Source: the human T2T-CHM13v2.0 reference genome, Homo sapiens. From it: 64,000 bases of DNA. How positions within the stretch are numbered: position 1 is the stretch's first letter; the number at the start of each line of letters is the position of its first letter. Location: NCBI RefSeq assembly GCF_009914755.1, contig NC_060931.1, one strand, 5' to 3'. Positions 15,216 through 33,049 of the stretch are shown one piece after another. The notes below the pieces were generated by a model that was given only the letters and a program-made list of their open reading frames with translations, searched no databases and was not told the DNA's origin. The translations under genes and the position numbers were made by a program.

Positions 15216-17201
15216 TGGTTAGCTCTTGTTGTCCTGCCACATGCTGGGCAAACAGGACCCCTGGGACACCAGTCCCTGAACATCAGTTAACGAGCTCAGC
15301 ACCTGGGCCATGCCAGAGGCCCCTCCAACAAACCCAAGCACTTTGCTGTGGTAAGGAGGAGGCCTGGGGGCTGCAAGGACAGTGTTCTAAGTGGCTTGTC
15401 TACGTGGGGCTGAGCTACAAGTCAGCCTGTCCTAATTCTCAGAAGCCACTTTAAAGCCAGCACCTGCTCCGCTCCAGGCTCTGATTACTCCAGCTCAGCA
15501 CTGCTCAATGACGCTAACCTGATTCCAGGCGCTCTGCAGAGGCATAATCACATTTGTGCAGGGGGAAGGAGGGGTAGGGGACAGTTCAGGCCTCCATCTC
15601 AAAGAGCCCACAGTCTTCCTGCAGTGGCAGAGCCCAGCACAACCTTCTCTTCTGCATCCTTGCCCCTTCGACTAGCCCTCTGTGCTCACGTAAGTGCCTC
15701 GCAGGCATCGCCCTCTGTGGCCCGACCTTATCAAGCTGGCTCATTAGGGAAGCAAGCTGTCCTGAGAAACAAGGGGAAACTTTATTACAAGCCCCAAGCC
15801 TGTTCATGGAAGGGCAATGATTCAGCTTTTCTGGTTCAAACCCTGCCAAATGTGCCCCTTGCCCTCAGCAGCAAGTCTTCAATTTTAAGGGATCTACAGC
15901 CCCTTTGAGAATATAATGAAGACCATGTGGCTACATCCCAGAAGGACGCATATAGTCATTATGCACATGCCCAGTTATAACCACAAGGGCACAGCTGGGC
16001 AGTGAGACAAGGCTCAGGCTCCAACCCCTCTCCTATGAGGGCCCAGACTCTCTCCAGCTTTACAATCCTTTGGCTGCCAGTTAAAGACAACAAACAAGGT
16101 GCATTTCCTGGAATGTCCTGTGCTTTTCTGATCTCTGTACGCTGCAGCCCTCTTCCCTCCAACAAGAAAGGCACCATGCCCAGAAGTACCTGCCTGGATA
16201 TCCCCTGACACAGCTCCTGTGTTCTCTCTCAGCAACAGGCTTTCCAAATCCCCTCTAGGAAGTTTATTTGCGCCCTCTACCCATGTATATATGCATTGTT
16301 CTCATCAAATGGCGTGGAGATGGGAACATACCTGTCTTCCCCACCAAGAACCATGCCATGAGGAAAGGGACCATGGCTCGCCACACACCTCCAGGGCTGG
16401 TACGGTGCCGGTGCATGGGGCAGTCTACAGCAAAAAAGTGATTCTCCTCTCTGATCCGATACCTACAATTGGCCCACATCTGTGGCTTCTATCAGCAGAA
16501 TGTTCTGGAATTTTGGTCTTTAGGGCAAAATTCCAACAGAGGCATATTAATTTGGTCCTTCCATCTTCCTCAAAGAAAATAAAATTTGATTTTGTTTCTC
16601 TTAATGAAATGTGTAGTCTTCTCTTTCGTGCTTCTGCCTCCTCCACCAGCTCCTTCACATGCACAGATAAATCTCTCTCTCAGCACATCTCCCTCGGCCC
16701 AACTTGCTCCAGCAATGGCACTATTTACTCTTCTTTCCTTCACAGGCAAACTTCTTTATAAAGGAATCCATTCCCACATTTTTCATTTCCTCATTTGCCC
16801 AGTGGAATCTGAATTTCACCCACAGACACTCTAGTAAATAAACTCCTAAGAAAATCGTAAATTACTTCCTCTTAGCAAATGAATGAATGAATGAATGAAT
16901 GAGTCATTTCTTAGTGCCTGTATTACTTGGCACTTCCAGCAATTTCACCATTACATTTCTTTCAGTAGAAGTCACTATTTTAACATGACTTTTATGTTTA
17001 ATAACTCTTTATAAAGAAACTTTTGGTATAAATTGGTACAATGTTTTTGAAGTAGAATGTGAGAGTATGTATCAAAGTCTTGGGGAAAAAAAACCCATCT
17101 CTTTCATTAAGTAATTTCAGGGCTATAAATCATTCCCAAGAAATTCTGATAAGTAAATTTTCTCATTTACTTATCTTACTTATATAAGATACTTACGTAT
17201 C

Positions 17202-17498
17202 TTTTTTTTTTTGAGACGGAGTCTCACTCTGCTGCCCAGGCTGGAGTGAAGTGGTGCCATCTCAGCTCACTGCAAGCTCCGCCTCCCGGGGTTCAGGCCA
17301 TTCTCTCATCTCAGCTTCCCAAGTAGCTGGGACTACAGGTGACTGCCACCATGCCCGGCTAATTTTGTTTTTGTATTTTCAGTAGAGAAGGGGTTTCACC
17401 GTGTTAGCCAGGATGGTCTCGATCTCCTGACCTCATGATCCGCCCACCTTGGCCTCCCAAAGTGCTGAGATTACAGGTGTGAGCCACCGCACCCGGCC
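17202..17498 (-). mobile_element. AluY/Sc
   Basis: Reverse Alu; TSD actta(c/t)gtatctt. Confidence 0.95.
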
Positions 17499-17576
17499 AC
17501 TTATGTATCTTACTTATTTACTTTGTTTACATAAGCTATTATAGATAAGTAAATAAGTAAATGAATAAAATTTTTA

Positions 17577-18227
<651 letters not shown>

Positions 18228-18264
18228 TCAACTGTTTAACACTAGCTTATTGCTAGGATATTAG

Positions 18265-18272
18265 GATATATC

Positions 18273-18308
<36 letters not shown>

Positions 18309-18485
18309 AAAAAAAATATATAATTTATTTAATAGGAGTTCATAAAATATGAATTTTATGAATACATAAAATACAAATACATACATATATGTACATATAT
18401 GTGAATTCCTATTAAATAAATTACATTTATATTTATTTATGTTATATGTATGTGTGTACATATATGTATATATGAGAGAGATAGC
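18265..18485. repeat. (TA)n(CA)n microsatellite and AT-rich tract
   Basis: Direct inspection. Confidence 0.9.
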
Positions 18486-18606
18486 TGGGAAAGATAGAGA
18501 TATAATAGAGTACTATGCGACTTTTTTTAACAAAATTATACTTTTATATAATATATAATGACCTGAAAAAAATGCTTGTAATATTTGCTGTAAAGAAAGA
18601 AAATCT

Positions 18607-20166
<1,560 letters not shown>

Positions 20167-20184
20167 TTTATACCTAAGGCCAAT

Positions 20185-23100
20185 CATCATGGCATACGGG
20201 AGGCAGGACTAGATTGAGATTGCAGCACTGGACAGAGCAGCGTGTGGAGGCTCACATTTGTGAATTTTAGCTCCAGGTTGACTGCAAGAACAAACCAGCA
20301 ATCCCGAGAGGACCCACAGACTCTGTGAAGGAAGTGAAATGCTCCTGCAGGTCTCAGGAGGCACCCTAAGTACTGTGAGTGCCCCAGCTGCAGAAGCGGG
20401 AAAGGGAGACCCTGCTCTCCTGAACACACACCCCCACTAGAGAAAGTGAAGGTCTGTTGCGGGAGAAGTTTCCGACTTTACCTGGATCTGAGTCAATTTA
20501 GACAGTCGAGCAAAATACAGGGGTAGAGGAAGCAGCAGAAAGGCACTGGGAACTCACTGGGTTCCCAAGCAGGTCATTCCTGCTGGCACCACAGGGATCC
20601 ATTGGGAAGGCAGCCAGAGGAGCAGTGGGTAAAACTTCACAGGGAGAAGGAAATCTCCAGCTGAACATTGTAACAGTTCGAACGGATGAGAAGCCTCCTG
20701 GCCAGAACTCGGGGACGGTGCAAATCCGGTGTGCAGGCTCCAGAGGGAGGGGAAAAACCAAGCCCTTTTCTTTCATAGCTGGGAAGTAGGTAGCCTGGGG
20801 CAAGTTTTTAAGCCCCTCTCGCCCACGCCCAGAAACAGACTTGGGGCTCTTGGCAGGGGCACGGTGGGAGGGAGACAGGCCCTTCGGTTTGTGTGGGAGC
20901 TGGGTGAGGGCTGTGACTGCTGGCTTTCCCTACTTCTCTGACAACCTGCATGACTCAGCAGAGGCAGCCATAATCCTCCTAGGTACACAACTCCAGTGAC
21001 CTAGGACTCTCACCCCCATCCCCCACAGCAGCCGCAGCAAGACCCACCCAAGGAAAGCCTGAGCCCAGACATGCCTAGCCCCACCCCCGCCTGGTGGTCG
21101 GTCCCTACCCACCCTAGTAGCGAAAGACAAAGGGCATATAATCTTGGGAGTTGTAGGGCCCTGCCCACCACTGGGCCCTCTCCATACTACTACAGCTGAT
21201 GCTCTCTGGAAAGCACTACCTCCCGCAGAAGGCCAACCAGCACAAAATCAGAGCATTAAACCACCAACGCTAAGAACCCTCACGGAGTCCATTGCACCCC
21301 CTCCCCAACTCACCTCCACCAGAACAGGTGCTGGTATCCATGGCTGAGAGACCCATAAATAGTTCACACTGAAGGACTCTGTGCAGATAACCCCTGGTAC
21401 CAGCCCAGAGCTGGGTAGACTGCCTGGGTGGCCAGACCCAGAAAAGAGACAACAATCACTGCAGTTCAGCTCACAGGAAGCCACATCCATAGGAAAGAGG
21501 GGAGAGTACTACATCAAGGGAACACCCTGTGGGACAAAAGAATCTGAACAACAGTCTTCAGCCCTAGATATTCCCCCTGACAGAGCCTACACAAATGAGA
21601 AAGAACCAGGAAACCAACCCCGGTAATATGACAACACATGGCTTTTCAACACCCCCCAAAAAAATCACACTAGTTCACCAGCAATGGATCCAAACCAAGA
21701 AAAAATCCCTGATTTACCTGAAAAATAATTCAGAAGGTTAGTTATTAAGCTAATCGGGGAAGCACCAGAGAAAGGCAGAGCCCAATGCAAGAAAATCCAC
21801 AAAACAATACAAGAAGTAAGAGGAGAAATATTCAAGGAAATAGATGCATAAAGAAAAAGCAATCAAAACTTCAGGAAACTTTGGACACACTTTTAGAAAT
21901 GTGGAATGCTCTGGAAAGTCTCAGCAATAGAATTGAACAAGTAGAAGAAAGAAATTCAGAGCTTGAAACTTTGGACACACTTTTAGAAATGTGAAATGCT
22001 CTGGAAAGTCTCAGCAATAGAATTGAACAAGTAGAAGAAAGAAATTCAGAGCTCGAAGACAAGGTCTTTGAATTAACGCAATCCAACAAAGATAAAGAAA
22101 AAAGAATAAGAAAATATGAACAAAGCCTCCAAGAAGTCTGGGATTATGTTGAACCTAAGAATAATCAGTGTTCCCGAGGAAGAAGAGAATTCTAAAAGCT
22201 TGGAAAACATATTTGGGGGAGTAATTGAGGAAAATTTCCCCGACCTGGCTAGAGACCCAGCCATCCAAATACAAGAAGCACAAACAACCCTTAGGAAATT
22301 CATGGCAAAAAGATCTTCACCTAGGCACATCAGACTATCCAAAGTTAAGATGAAAGAAAGAATCTTAAAAGCTGTGAGACAGAAGCACCAGGTTACCTAC
22401 AAAGAAAACCTATCAGATTAACAGCAGATTTCTCAGCAGAAACCCTACAAGCCAGAAGGGATTGGGACCCTATCTTCAGCCTCCTCAAACAAAACAATTG
22501 TCAGCCAAGAATTTTGTATCCAGCTGAACTAAGCATCATATATGAAGGAAAGATACAGTCCTTTTCAGACAAACAAATGCTGAGAGAATTCACCATTACC
22601 AAGCCACCACTACAAGAACTGCTAAAAGGAGCTCTAAATCTTAAAACAAATCCTGGAAACACATCAAAATAGAACCTCTTTAAAGCATAAATGACACAGG
22701 ACCTATAAAGCAAAAATACAAGTTAAAAAGCAAAAACAAAAAACAAACAAACAAAAAAAGTACACAGGCAACAAAGAGCATGATGAATGCAAGGGTACCT
22801 CATATTTCAATACCAAAATTGAATGTAAATGACCTAAATGCTCCACCTAAAAGATACAGATCCACAGAATGGATAATAACTCACCAACCATCTGCTGCCT
22901 TCAGGAGATTCACCTAACGCATAAGGACTCACATAAACTTAAGGGGTGGAAAAAGGCATTTCATGCAAATGGACACCAAAAGTAAGCAGGGGTAGCTATT
23001 CTTATATCAGACAAAACAAACTTTAAGGCAACAGCAGTTGTAAGAGACAAAGAGGGACGTTATATAATGGTAAAAGGCATTGTCCAACAGGAAAATATTG

Positions 23101-26100
23101 TAATCCTACATATATATGTGCCTATTACTAGAGTTCCCAAATTGATCAAACAATTACTACTAGACCTAAGAAATGAGATAGACAGCAACACAATAATAGT
23201 GGGAGACTTTAGTACTCCACTGACAGCACTAGACAGGTCATCAAGACAGAAAGTCAACAAAGAAACAATGGATTTAAACTATATCCTGGAACAAATGGAC
23301 TTAACAGGTATATACAGAATATTTCATCCAACAACCACAGAATACACATTCCGTTCAACAGCGCATGGAACTTTCTCCAAGATAGACCATATAATAGGCC
23401 ATAAAACAAACATCAATAAACTTAAGAAAACTGAAATTATATCAGGCACTCTCTCAGACCACAGTGGAATAAAACTGAAAATTATCTCCAAGAGGAACTT
23501 TCAAAACCATGCAAATACATGGAAATTAAATAAACTGCACCTGAATGAGCACTGGCTCAAAAACAAAATCAAGATGGAAATTTAAAAATTCTTCAAACAG
23601 AACAACAGTAACGACACAACCTACCAAAACCTCTGGGATACAGCAAAGGGGATGCTAAGAGGAAAATTTATAGCCCTAAACACCTCATTGAAAAGACTGA
23701 AAGAGCACAAACTGACATTCTAAGGACACACCTCAAGGAACTAGAGAAACAAGAAAAAAATGAAACCCAAACTCAGCAGAAGAAAGGAAATAACCAAGAT
23801 CAGAGCAGAACTAAATGAAATTGAAACAAAAAAAAATACAAAAGATAAATGAAACAAAAAGCTGATTTCTTTGAAAAGTTAAATAAAATTGATAGACCAT
23901 TAGCAAGATTAACCAAGAAAAGAAGACAGAGAATCCAAATAACCTCACTAAGAAACGAAACAGGAGATATTACAAGTAACACCACTGAAATACAAAAGAT
24001 CATTCAAGGCTACTATGAGCACATTTATGCACATAAACTAGAAAACCCTTAAGACATGGAGAAATTCCTGGAAAAATACAACCCTCCTAGCTTAAATCAG
24101 GAAGAATTAGATACCCTCAACAGACCAACAACAAGCAGTGAGATTGAAGTGGTAATTTAAAAATTACCAACAAAAAAAGTCCAAGACGAGACAGATTCAC
24201 AGCAGAATTCTACCAGACATTCAAAGAATTGGTACCAATCCTTTTGACACTATTACAGAAGATAAAGAAAAACCCTCCCTAATTCATTCTATGAAGTCAG
24301 AATCACCCTAACACCAAAACCAGGAAAGGACATAACCAAAAAAGAAAACTACAGACAGATATCCTTGATGAACATAAATGCTAAAATCCTTAACAAAATA
24401 ATAGCTAACCAAATCCAAAAATATATCATAAAGATAATCCACCATGATCAAGTGGGTTTCATACCAGGGATGCAGGGATGGTTTAATGTATACAAGTAAA
24501 TAAATGTGATACACCACAGAAAGAGAATTAAAAACAAAAATCACATGATCATCTCAATAGATGCAGATGCAGAAAAAGCATCTGACAAAACCCAGTATTC
24601 CTTTATGATTAAAACTTTCAGCAAAATTGGCATAAAGGGACATATCTTAATATAATAAAATCCATCTACAGCAAACCCACAGCCAACATAATACTGAATG
24701 GGGAAAAGTTGAAAGCATTCCCTCTGAGAACTGGAACATGACAAGGTTACCCACTCTCACCACTTCTTTACAACATAGTACTGGAAATCCTAGCCACAGC
24801 AATCAGACAAGAGAAAGAAATAAAGGGCATCCAAATCAGTAAAGAGGAAGTCAGATTGTCACTGTTTGCTGCCAATATGATTGCTTGCCTTGAAAATCCT
24901 AAAGACTCCTCCAGAAAGCTCCTAAAACTGATAAAAGAATTCAGCAAAGTTTCTGGATACAAGATTAATGTACACAAGTCAGTAGCTCTTCTATACACCA
25001 ACAGCAACCAAACTGAGAATCAAATCAAGAACCCTTTTATAATAGCTAAAAAAAAAAAAAAAAAAAAAACCTTAGGAATATACCTAACCAAGGAGTTGAA
25101 GACCTCTACCAGGAGAACTACAAAACATTGCTGAAAGAAATCATAGATGGGGCCGGGCCTGGTGGCTCACACTTGTAATCCCAGCACTTTGGGAGGCTGA
25201 GATGGGCGGATCACAAGTTCAGGAGATCAAGAAGATGCTGGCGAACATGGTGAAACCCCATCTCTACTAAAAAATACAAAAAAATTAGCCAGGCGTGGTG
25301 GCAAGTGCCTGTAGTCCCAGCTACTCAGGAGGCTGAGGCAGGAGAATGGCATGAACCTGGAAATGTGAAGGTTGCAGTGAGCCAAGATCATGCCACTGCA
25401 CTCCACCCTGGGTGACAGAGCGAGACTCCATCTCAAAAAAAAAAAAAAAGAAATCATAGATGACACAAACAAATGGAAACACATTCCATGCTCATTAATG
25501 GGTAGAATCAATATTGTGAAAATGACCATACTACCAAAAGCAATCTACAAATGCAATGCAATCCCCATCAAAATACCACCGTCATTCTTCACAGAAATAG
25601 AAAAAAACAATTCTAAAATTCATATGAAACCAAAAAAGAGCCAGCATAGTCAAAGCAAGACTAAGCAAAAAGAACAAATCTGGAGGCATCACACTACCTG
25701 ATTTCAAACTATACTATAAGGCCATAGTCACCAGAACAGCATGGTACTGGTATAAAAATAGGCACATAGACCAATGGAACAGAATAGAGAACCCAGAAAT
25801 AAATCCAATACTTACAACCAACTGATCTTCAACAAAGCAAACAAAAACATAAAGTGGGGGAAAGGACACCCTTTTCAACTAATGTTGCTGGGATAATTGG
25901 CTAGCCACATGTAGGAGAATGAAACCGCATCCTCATCTCTCACCTTATACAAAAATCAACTCAAGATGGATTGAGGACTTAAACCTAAGACCTGAAACTA
26001 TAAAAATTCTAGAAGATAACATTGGAAAAACCCTTGTAGACATTGGCTTAGGCAAGGATTTCATGAACAAGAACCCAAAAGCAAATGCAATAAAAACAGA

Positions 26101-27122
26101 GATAAATGGTTGGGACCTAATTAAACTAAAGAGCATTTGCATGGCAAAAGGAACAGTCAGCAGGGTAAACAGACAACCCACAGAGTGGGAGGAAATCTTC
26201 ACAATCTATACATCTGACAAAGGACTAATATCTAGAATCTACAATGAACTCAAACAAATCAGTAACACGATAAACAAACAATCCCATCAAAAACTGGGCT
26301 AAGGACATGAATAGACAATTCTCAAAAGAAGATATACAAATGGCCAACAAACATATAAAAAAAATGCTCAACATCACTAATAATCAGGGAAATGCAAATC
26401 AAAACCACAATGCAATACCACCTTACTCCTGCAAGAATAGCCATAATCAAAAAATCAAAAACATTAGATGTTGGCATGGATGTGGTGATCCAGGAACACT
26501 TCTACACTGCTGGTAGGAATGTAAACTAGTATAGCCACTATGGAAATCTGTGTGGAGATTCCTAAAAGAACTAAAAGTAGAACTACCATTTGATCCAGCA
26601 ATCCCACTACTGGGTATCTACCCAGAGGAAAATAAGTCATTATTAGAAAGAGATACTTGCACATGCATGTTTAAAGCAGCACAATTCACAATTGCAAAAT
26701 CGTGGAACCAACCAAATGCCCATCAATCAACGAATAAATAAAGAAACTGTGGTATATATACATACAATGGAATACTACTCAGCCATAAAAAGTAATGAAT
26801 TAACAGCATTCGCAGTGACCTGGATAAGATTGGACACATTCTAAGTGAAGTAGCTCAGGAATGGAAAACCAAACATTGTAGGTTCTCACTGATATGTGGG
26901 AGCTAAGCTATGAAGACACAAAGGCATGAGAATGATACAATGGGCTTTGGGGACTTGGGGGGAAGAGTGGGAGCGGGGGTGAGGAATAAAAGACTACAAA
27001 TGTGGTGCAGTGTATACTGCTCAGTTTATGGGTGCACCAAAATCTCACAAATCACCACTAAAGGAATTTACTCATGTAACCAAATACCACCTGTACCCTA
27101 ATAACTTATGGGGGAAAAAAAG
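20185..27122 (+). mobile_element. Full-length degenerate L1PB1-type LINE-1 (5' UTR, ORF1, ORF2, 3' UTR), antisense to DDC
   Basis: ORF1 remnants 21785-22421; ORF2 endonuclease remnant 23067-23585; RT remnant SLFAANMI (FADD motif decayed) at 24856; C-terminal remnants 25919-26741; 18-bp TSD ttta(t/c)acctaaggccaat at 20167-20184 and 27123-27140; many stops and frameshifts. Confidence 0.92.
25151..25447 (+). mobile_element. AluY/Sc inserted in L1PB1 ORF2
   Basis: TSD aaagaaatcatagatg on both sides. Confidence 0.95.
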
Positions 27123-27829
27123 TTTACACCTAAGGCCAATTTTCAGCACAGAGGTAGTCTACAACAATCAAAACCAAAACAAACAAACAAACAAACAAAA
27201 ACCAGTAAATCCTGAAGATGGGCGAGAATCTACTTTTCACAGTTACTATATTATTAGTGATAGAACTCTAAGGAGAAACAGATAAACTCACTCTTATAGT
27301 TGGAGACTTTGTCACCCCTTTGTCAGAAATGGACAGGTCCAGCAGTCAGAAAATAGGTAAGGATATAATTGAATGGAAAAGTACCATCAATTAACTGGAT
27401 CAAATCAATATTTGTAAAATATTTCATCCAATGACAGCAGAATATATTTTCTTTCTCACGCTCACAATCAACATTCACCAAGATATACCACATTCCAAGC
27501 CATAAAATACATCTCAACAAATTTAAAATAATGGACATTATACAAAGTATGCTCTCAGACTGCATTGGAATTAAATTAGAAATCAATAATAAAAAGATAG
27601 CTGGAAGACCCGAAAACTCTTAGAGATCAAACAACACATTTTAAGGTCAAAGGAGAAGTCTCAAGAAAAATTTAAAAGTACTTCAACTTCAATGAAAATG
27701 ACAATAAAACTCATCAAAATTTGTGGGATGCAGTGAAACAGTACTTAAAGGGAAATTTACAGAACTGAATGAGTACATTAGAAAAGAAGGGAAATCTAAA
27801 ATCTATAATCTAAGCTTCCACCTTAATAA

Positions 27830-28175
<346 letters not shown>

Positions 28176-29927
28176 ATGCAATGTAAGCAGAAGAAAAGAA
28201 AAGAAATAATAAGAATTAGAGCAGAAATCAATGAAATTGGAAATAGGAAATAAAGAAAAAAGCTGACTCTTTGAAATGATAAATAAATTTTCAAACATTT
28301 ATACAGGTTAAGAAAAAAGACACACATTGCTAATATCAGAAAGGAAAGTAGAACCATCATTACTAATCCTATGGACATTAAAAAGATAATAAAGAAACAA
28401 AATGGATTCCACGGCCACAAATTCAAAAACCTAAATAAAATAGACCAACTTTTTGAAGGATACAATTTGCCAAAACTCAGACAAAGAGAAAGAGATAACC
28501 TCAATGGTGCTACATCTATTTTAAAATTAGATCAATAATTAAAAACCTTCTAAAACAAAGAAACCATGCCAATTGAATTCACTGCTGAGTTCTGCCAAAC
28601 ATTTAAGGAAGTAAGGATTACTTACAGAAAATAGAAGCAAAAGGAATACTTTCTGACTCATTCTATGAGACCAGTATTACAAAGACATTGCAAGAAGGAA
28701 AACTATAGAACAATATCTCTCATAAATAGAGATGCAAAAATTCTCAACAAAATATTAGCAAATTGAATCCAACAATGTAAAAAAATATATATATCAGAAC
28801 CAAGTGAGATCTATTCCAGGATGGAAGGCTGATTCAACATAGGAAAATAAATTAATATAATCTATCATTTCAACAGGCTGAAGGACAAGAATCTCATGAT
28901 TATGTAAATAGATACAGAAAAGTGTTTGACAAAATTCAACACTTGTTCATAATAAAAACTCCTAGCAAACTAGGATTCGAGCAGAACATCCTCAACTTGA
29001 TGAATGACATCTACTCTTAACATCATACTTGATGAACGAAAAACCTACTCTTAACATCATACTTGATGATGAAAAACTAGATGTTTTCCTACGAAGATCA
29101 GGAATGAGGCAAGGATGTCTGTTCTTACTACTCCTATCAACATTGTACTGAGAGTTTCAGCTAATGCAATAAGACAAGAAGAGGAAATAAGAGATATACA
29201 GATTGGAAGGAAAGAAAAAAAGTATCTTTGCAGATGACATGGTTATCTGTGTAGAAATCCCAAAGAATAAACAAAAACAAAACTCTCTCAGAACTAAGTA
29301 AACAATTATGGCAAGCTGTAGGATAAAATGATAATATTAGATAAAAGTTAATTGTTTTCTTATCATCCAGCAATTAAAAAAATGAAATTTGAAAATAAAA
29401 TAAAAACCATTCCCATTAGCACCAAAAAAAGTAAAAAGAAAAAAAAAAGAATGAGCTTTATATGAGGAAAACTACAATACTCTAATGAAGAAAATTTTTT
29501 AAAAGATCTAAATAAATGTAGGCATATTTCACATACATGGATAGGAAGTCTCAATATCATCAAGATGTCAGTTATTTCAACAAAATGCGTAAATTCAATG
29601 CAATCCTATATAAAGTCCCAGAAAGTTATTTTGTGCATTTTGCTAAACTGATTCTAATGCTTATATGAAGAGGCAAAGGACCTAGAATAGTCAACATAAT
29701 ATTAAACAACAGTGTTTGAGATCTGACATGACACTACCCAAATTCAAGACTTAGTAGAAAGCTATAAATCAAGACAATATGGTATTGGCAAAGGAAGAGA
29801 CAAATAAATGAGTTGAACAGAAATAGATCCGCACAAATGAAGTCAACTGATCTTTGACAAAGGAACAAAAGCAATTCAATGGAGGAAGTGTAGTATTCAA
29901 CAAAAGGTGCTGGAACAACTGAACATC

Positions 29928-30331
29928 TGCATTAGTCCATTCTCACATTGCTATAAAGAACTTCCTGAGACTGGGTAATTTATAAAGAAAGGAGGTTTAT
30001 TGTTCCATTACAAAGAAAGGAACTATTGGTTCATAGTTCCACTGGCTATACAGGAAGCATGGCTGGGGGGGCCTCCGGAAACTTACAATCATGGCAGAAG
30101 GTGAAGGGGAAGCAAGCACATCTTCATATTGCCAGCAAGAGAGAGCAAAGGGAGAGGTGCTACACACTGTTTAAACAGCCGGATCTCATGAGAATTCACT
30201 CACTATCATGAGAACAGCAAGGGAGAAATCCATCCCCATGATCCAATCACCTTCCACCAGGTCCTTCCCCTAACACTGAGGATTACAATTCCACATGGAT
30301 TCGGGTTGGGACACAGAGCCAAACCATATCA
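29928..30331 (-). mobile_element. MSTA/MSTB-type MaLR solo LTR inside L1M
   Basis: tgcattagtcc...ccaaaccatatca termini; 5-bp TSD acatc (29923-29927, 30332-30336). Confidence 0.9.
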
Positions 30332-32683
30332 ACATCTACATGCAAAAAATGAATCTAGACATAGACCTTACACCTTTCACAAAAATTAACTGAAAATAGA
30401 TCATAGACCTACATCTATTTTAATGTTTTAAAGTACAAAACTATAAATTTCCGAGAAGATAATATAGGAGAAAACCTAGATGACCTTAGGATTGATGATG
30501 AATTTTTGGAGACCACACCAAAAACATGATCCATGAAAGAAGTAATTGATAATCTGGACTTCATTGTAATTAAAACTTCTGCTCTGCAAAAGACATTGTT
30601 TAAAGGATGAAATGACAAGCTAAAGACTGGCAGAAAACATTGGCAAAACATATATCTTGATAAAGGTTTGCTACCCAAAATACACAAAGAACTCTTAAAA
30701 CTCAATAATAATGAAACAATCCAATTAAAAAGTGGGCAAAAGACCTGAACAGACATCTTACCAAAGAAGATGTTCATGTAGCAAATAAGCACATGAAATA
30801 ATGCTCAACATCATATGTTATTACAGAATTTTCAAGTAAAATAACAATAAGATACCACTACACATCTATTAGAATGGATAAAATAAAAAACACTGAAAAA
30901 AATTAACAGCTGACAAAGATATTGGAAAACCTACACTAACATTCATTGTGGGAATGCAAAATGGTACAGTCTCTTTGAAACACAGTTCAGCCTTTCCTTA
31001 TAAAACTTTAAGCACACTCTTACCATATGATCCAGCAATTGTGATCCTTGGTATTTACCCAAATGAGTTGAAAACTTATGTACACACAAAAACCTGCACA
31101 CAAATGCTTATAGCACTTCATTAATAACTGTCAAAACTTGGAAGCAAACAAGATGTCCTTCAATAGATAAATGCATAAATGAATTGTGGCGTGTTCATAT
31201 CAGAAAACAGCATTCAACAATAAAAAGAAATAAACTAGTACAAAAAGACATGGAGGAAACTTAAATACATGTTAGTGAAATAAGTCAATCTGAAAAGGCT
31301 ACATATTGTATGATTCTATCTGTATGACATTCTAAAAAAGAACAAATGATGGAGACAGCCAAAAAGATTAGTGGCTGCCAGTGGTTCAAGTGGAGGGAGA
31401 GAGGGATAAACAGGTGGAGCACAGGGGATTTTTATGGCAGTGAAACTATTCTGTGTAACACTGAAATGGTAGATACTTGTCATTATACACTTGTTAAAAC
31501 ATATAGAAAATTCAATAGAAATAGTGACCCCTAAGGTAAATTATGGATGTTATGTATTGGTGAATCAATTTTAATAAATGTATCACACTACTGCAGGATG
31601 CTAATAATGGGGGAAATGAAGGTTGGGATATAAGAAGGTATATGTTCTTCCTACTTATTTTTCTGTAAGCCTAAAACAACTCTAACAAAATTAAGCTTAT
31701 TCATTTAAAAAATCAATCCATCATCCAATTAGAAAATGGGCAAAAGACATAAAGACACATGTCATTGACGAGGACATATAGATAGTGAATAAGCACATGA
31801 AAAGATGTTCATTAGTTATCAGGGAACTGCAAATTAGGACCATGATAACATATTAATGCATATCTATCAAAATGGATAAAATAAAAAATAGTGACAATAC
31901 CAAATGCTGGTAAGGATGTATAAAGAGCCTGATTTTCTCAAGCATTGATAATGGAAATGTAAAATAATACAGTCACTCTGGAAAATACCTTGTCAGTTTC
32001 TTTGTTAAAAAAATTAAATGTAACAACTACCATAGGACCCTTAATTGCACTCTTAGGCATTTATCCCAGAGAAATGAAAGTATATGTCCACCCAAACACC
32101 TATACATTAATGTTCCTGGATGCATTATTTGTAATAGCCAAAATATGGAAACAACTACAATGCCCCTCAACAGGTGAATGGGTAAACAAACTGTAGTATA
32201 GATAATATGGTACCAAATCTCTGTGGTGCAGCAACGAAAAGGAACATACTATTGATACATGCAACAACTTGGATGGATCTCAAGGCCATTATGCTGAGTG
32301 AGAAAAGCTGATCTTGAAATGTCACATATTGTATAATTCCATTTATATAACATTCTCAAAATGACAAGAGTGTAGAGGTAGAAAACATATCAGTGATTGC
32401 CAAGGGTTGATGATGGTAGGAGATCAGGAAGGTGAGAGTGACTATCAGGGAGTAGCAGAGGCAGACCTTTGTGGTGCTAGAGGATTTCAGTATTCTCATT
32501 GGCATGGTGGCTGCATGAATCAACACTTGTGATAAATGACATAGACCTATACACACACAATGAACCAGTGTCAGTCTCCTGTCTTTGATATGGTACTATA
32601 GTTATAAAAGTTGGAACAATTAGGGGAAATTGGGTGAAGGGTTAGTACGCAGAATTTCTTTGTGCTAACTTTGTAATTTTCTA

Positions 32684-33022
<339 letters not shown>

Positions 33023-33049
33023 TTAAAATTTTTTAATGTTTAGAATTAT

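Noticed and set aside
16219-16761. 180-aa + strand ORF
   Set aside because: Non-ATG start, no recognisable domain or exon context; expected by chance in 64 kb.
23067-23585. 172-aa endonuclease-like ORF
   Set aside because: Fragment of the dead L1PB1 ORF2, bounded by stops and frameshifts; not a domesticated gene.
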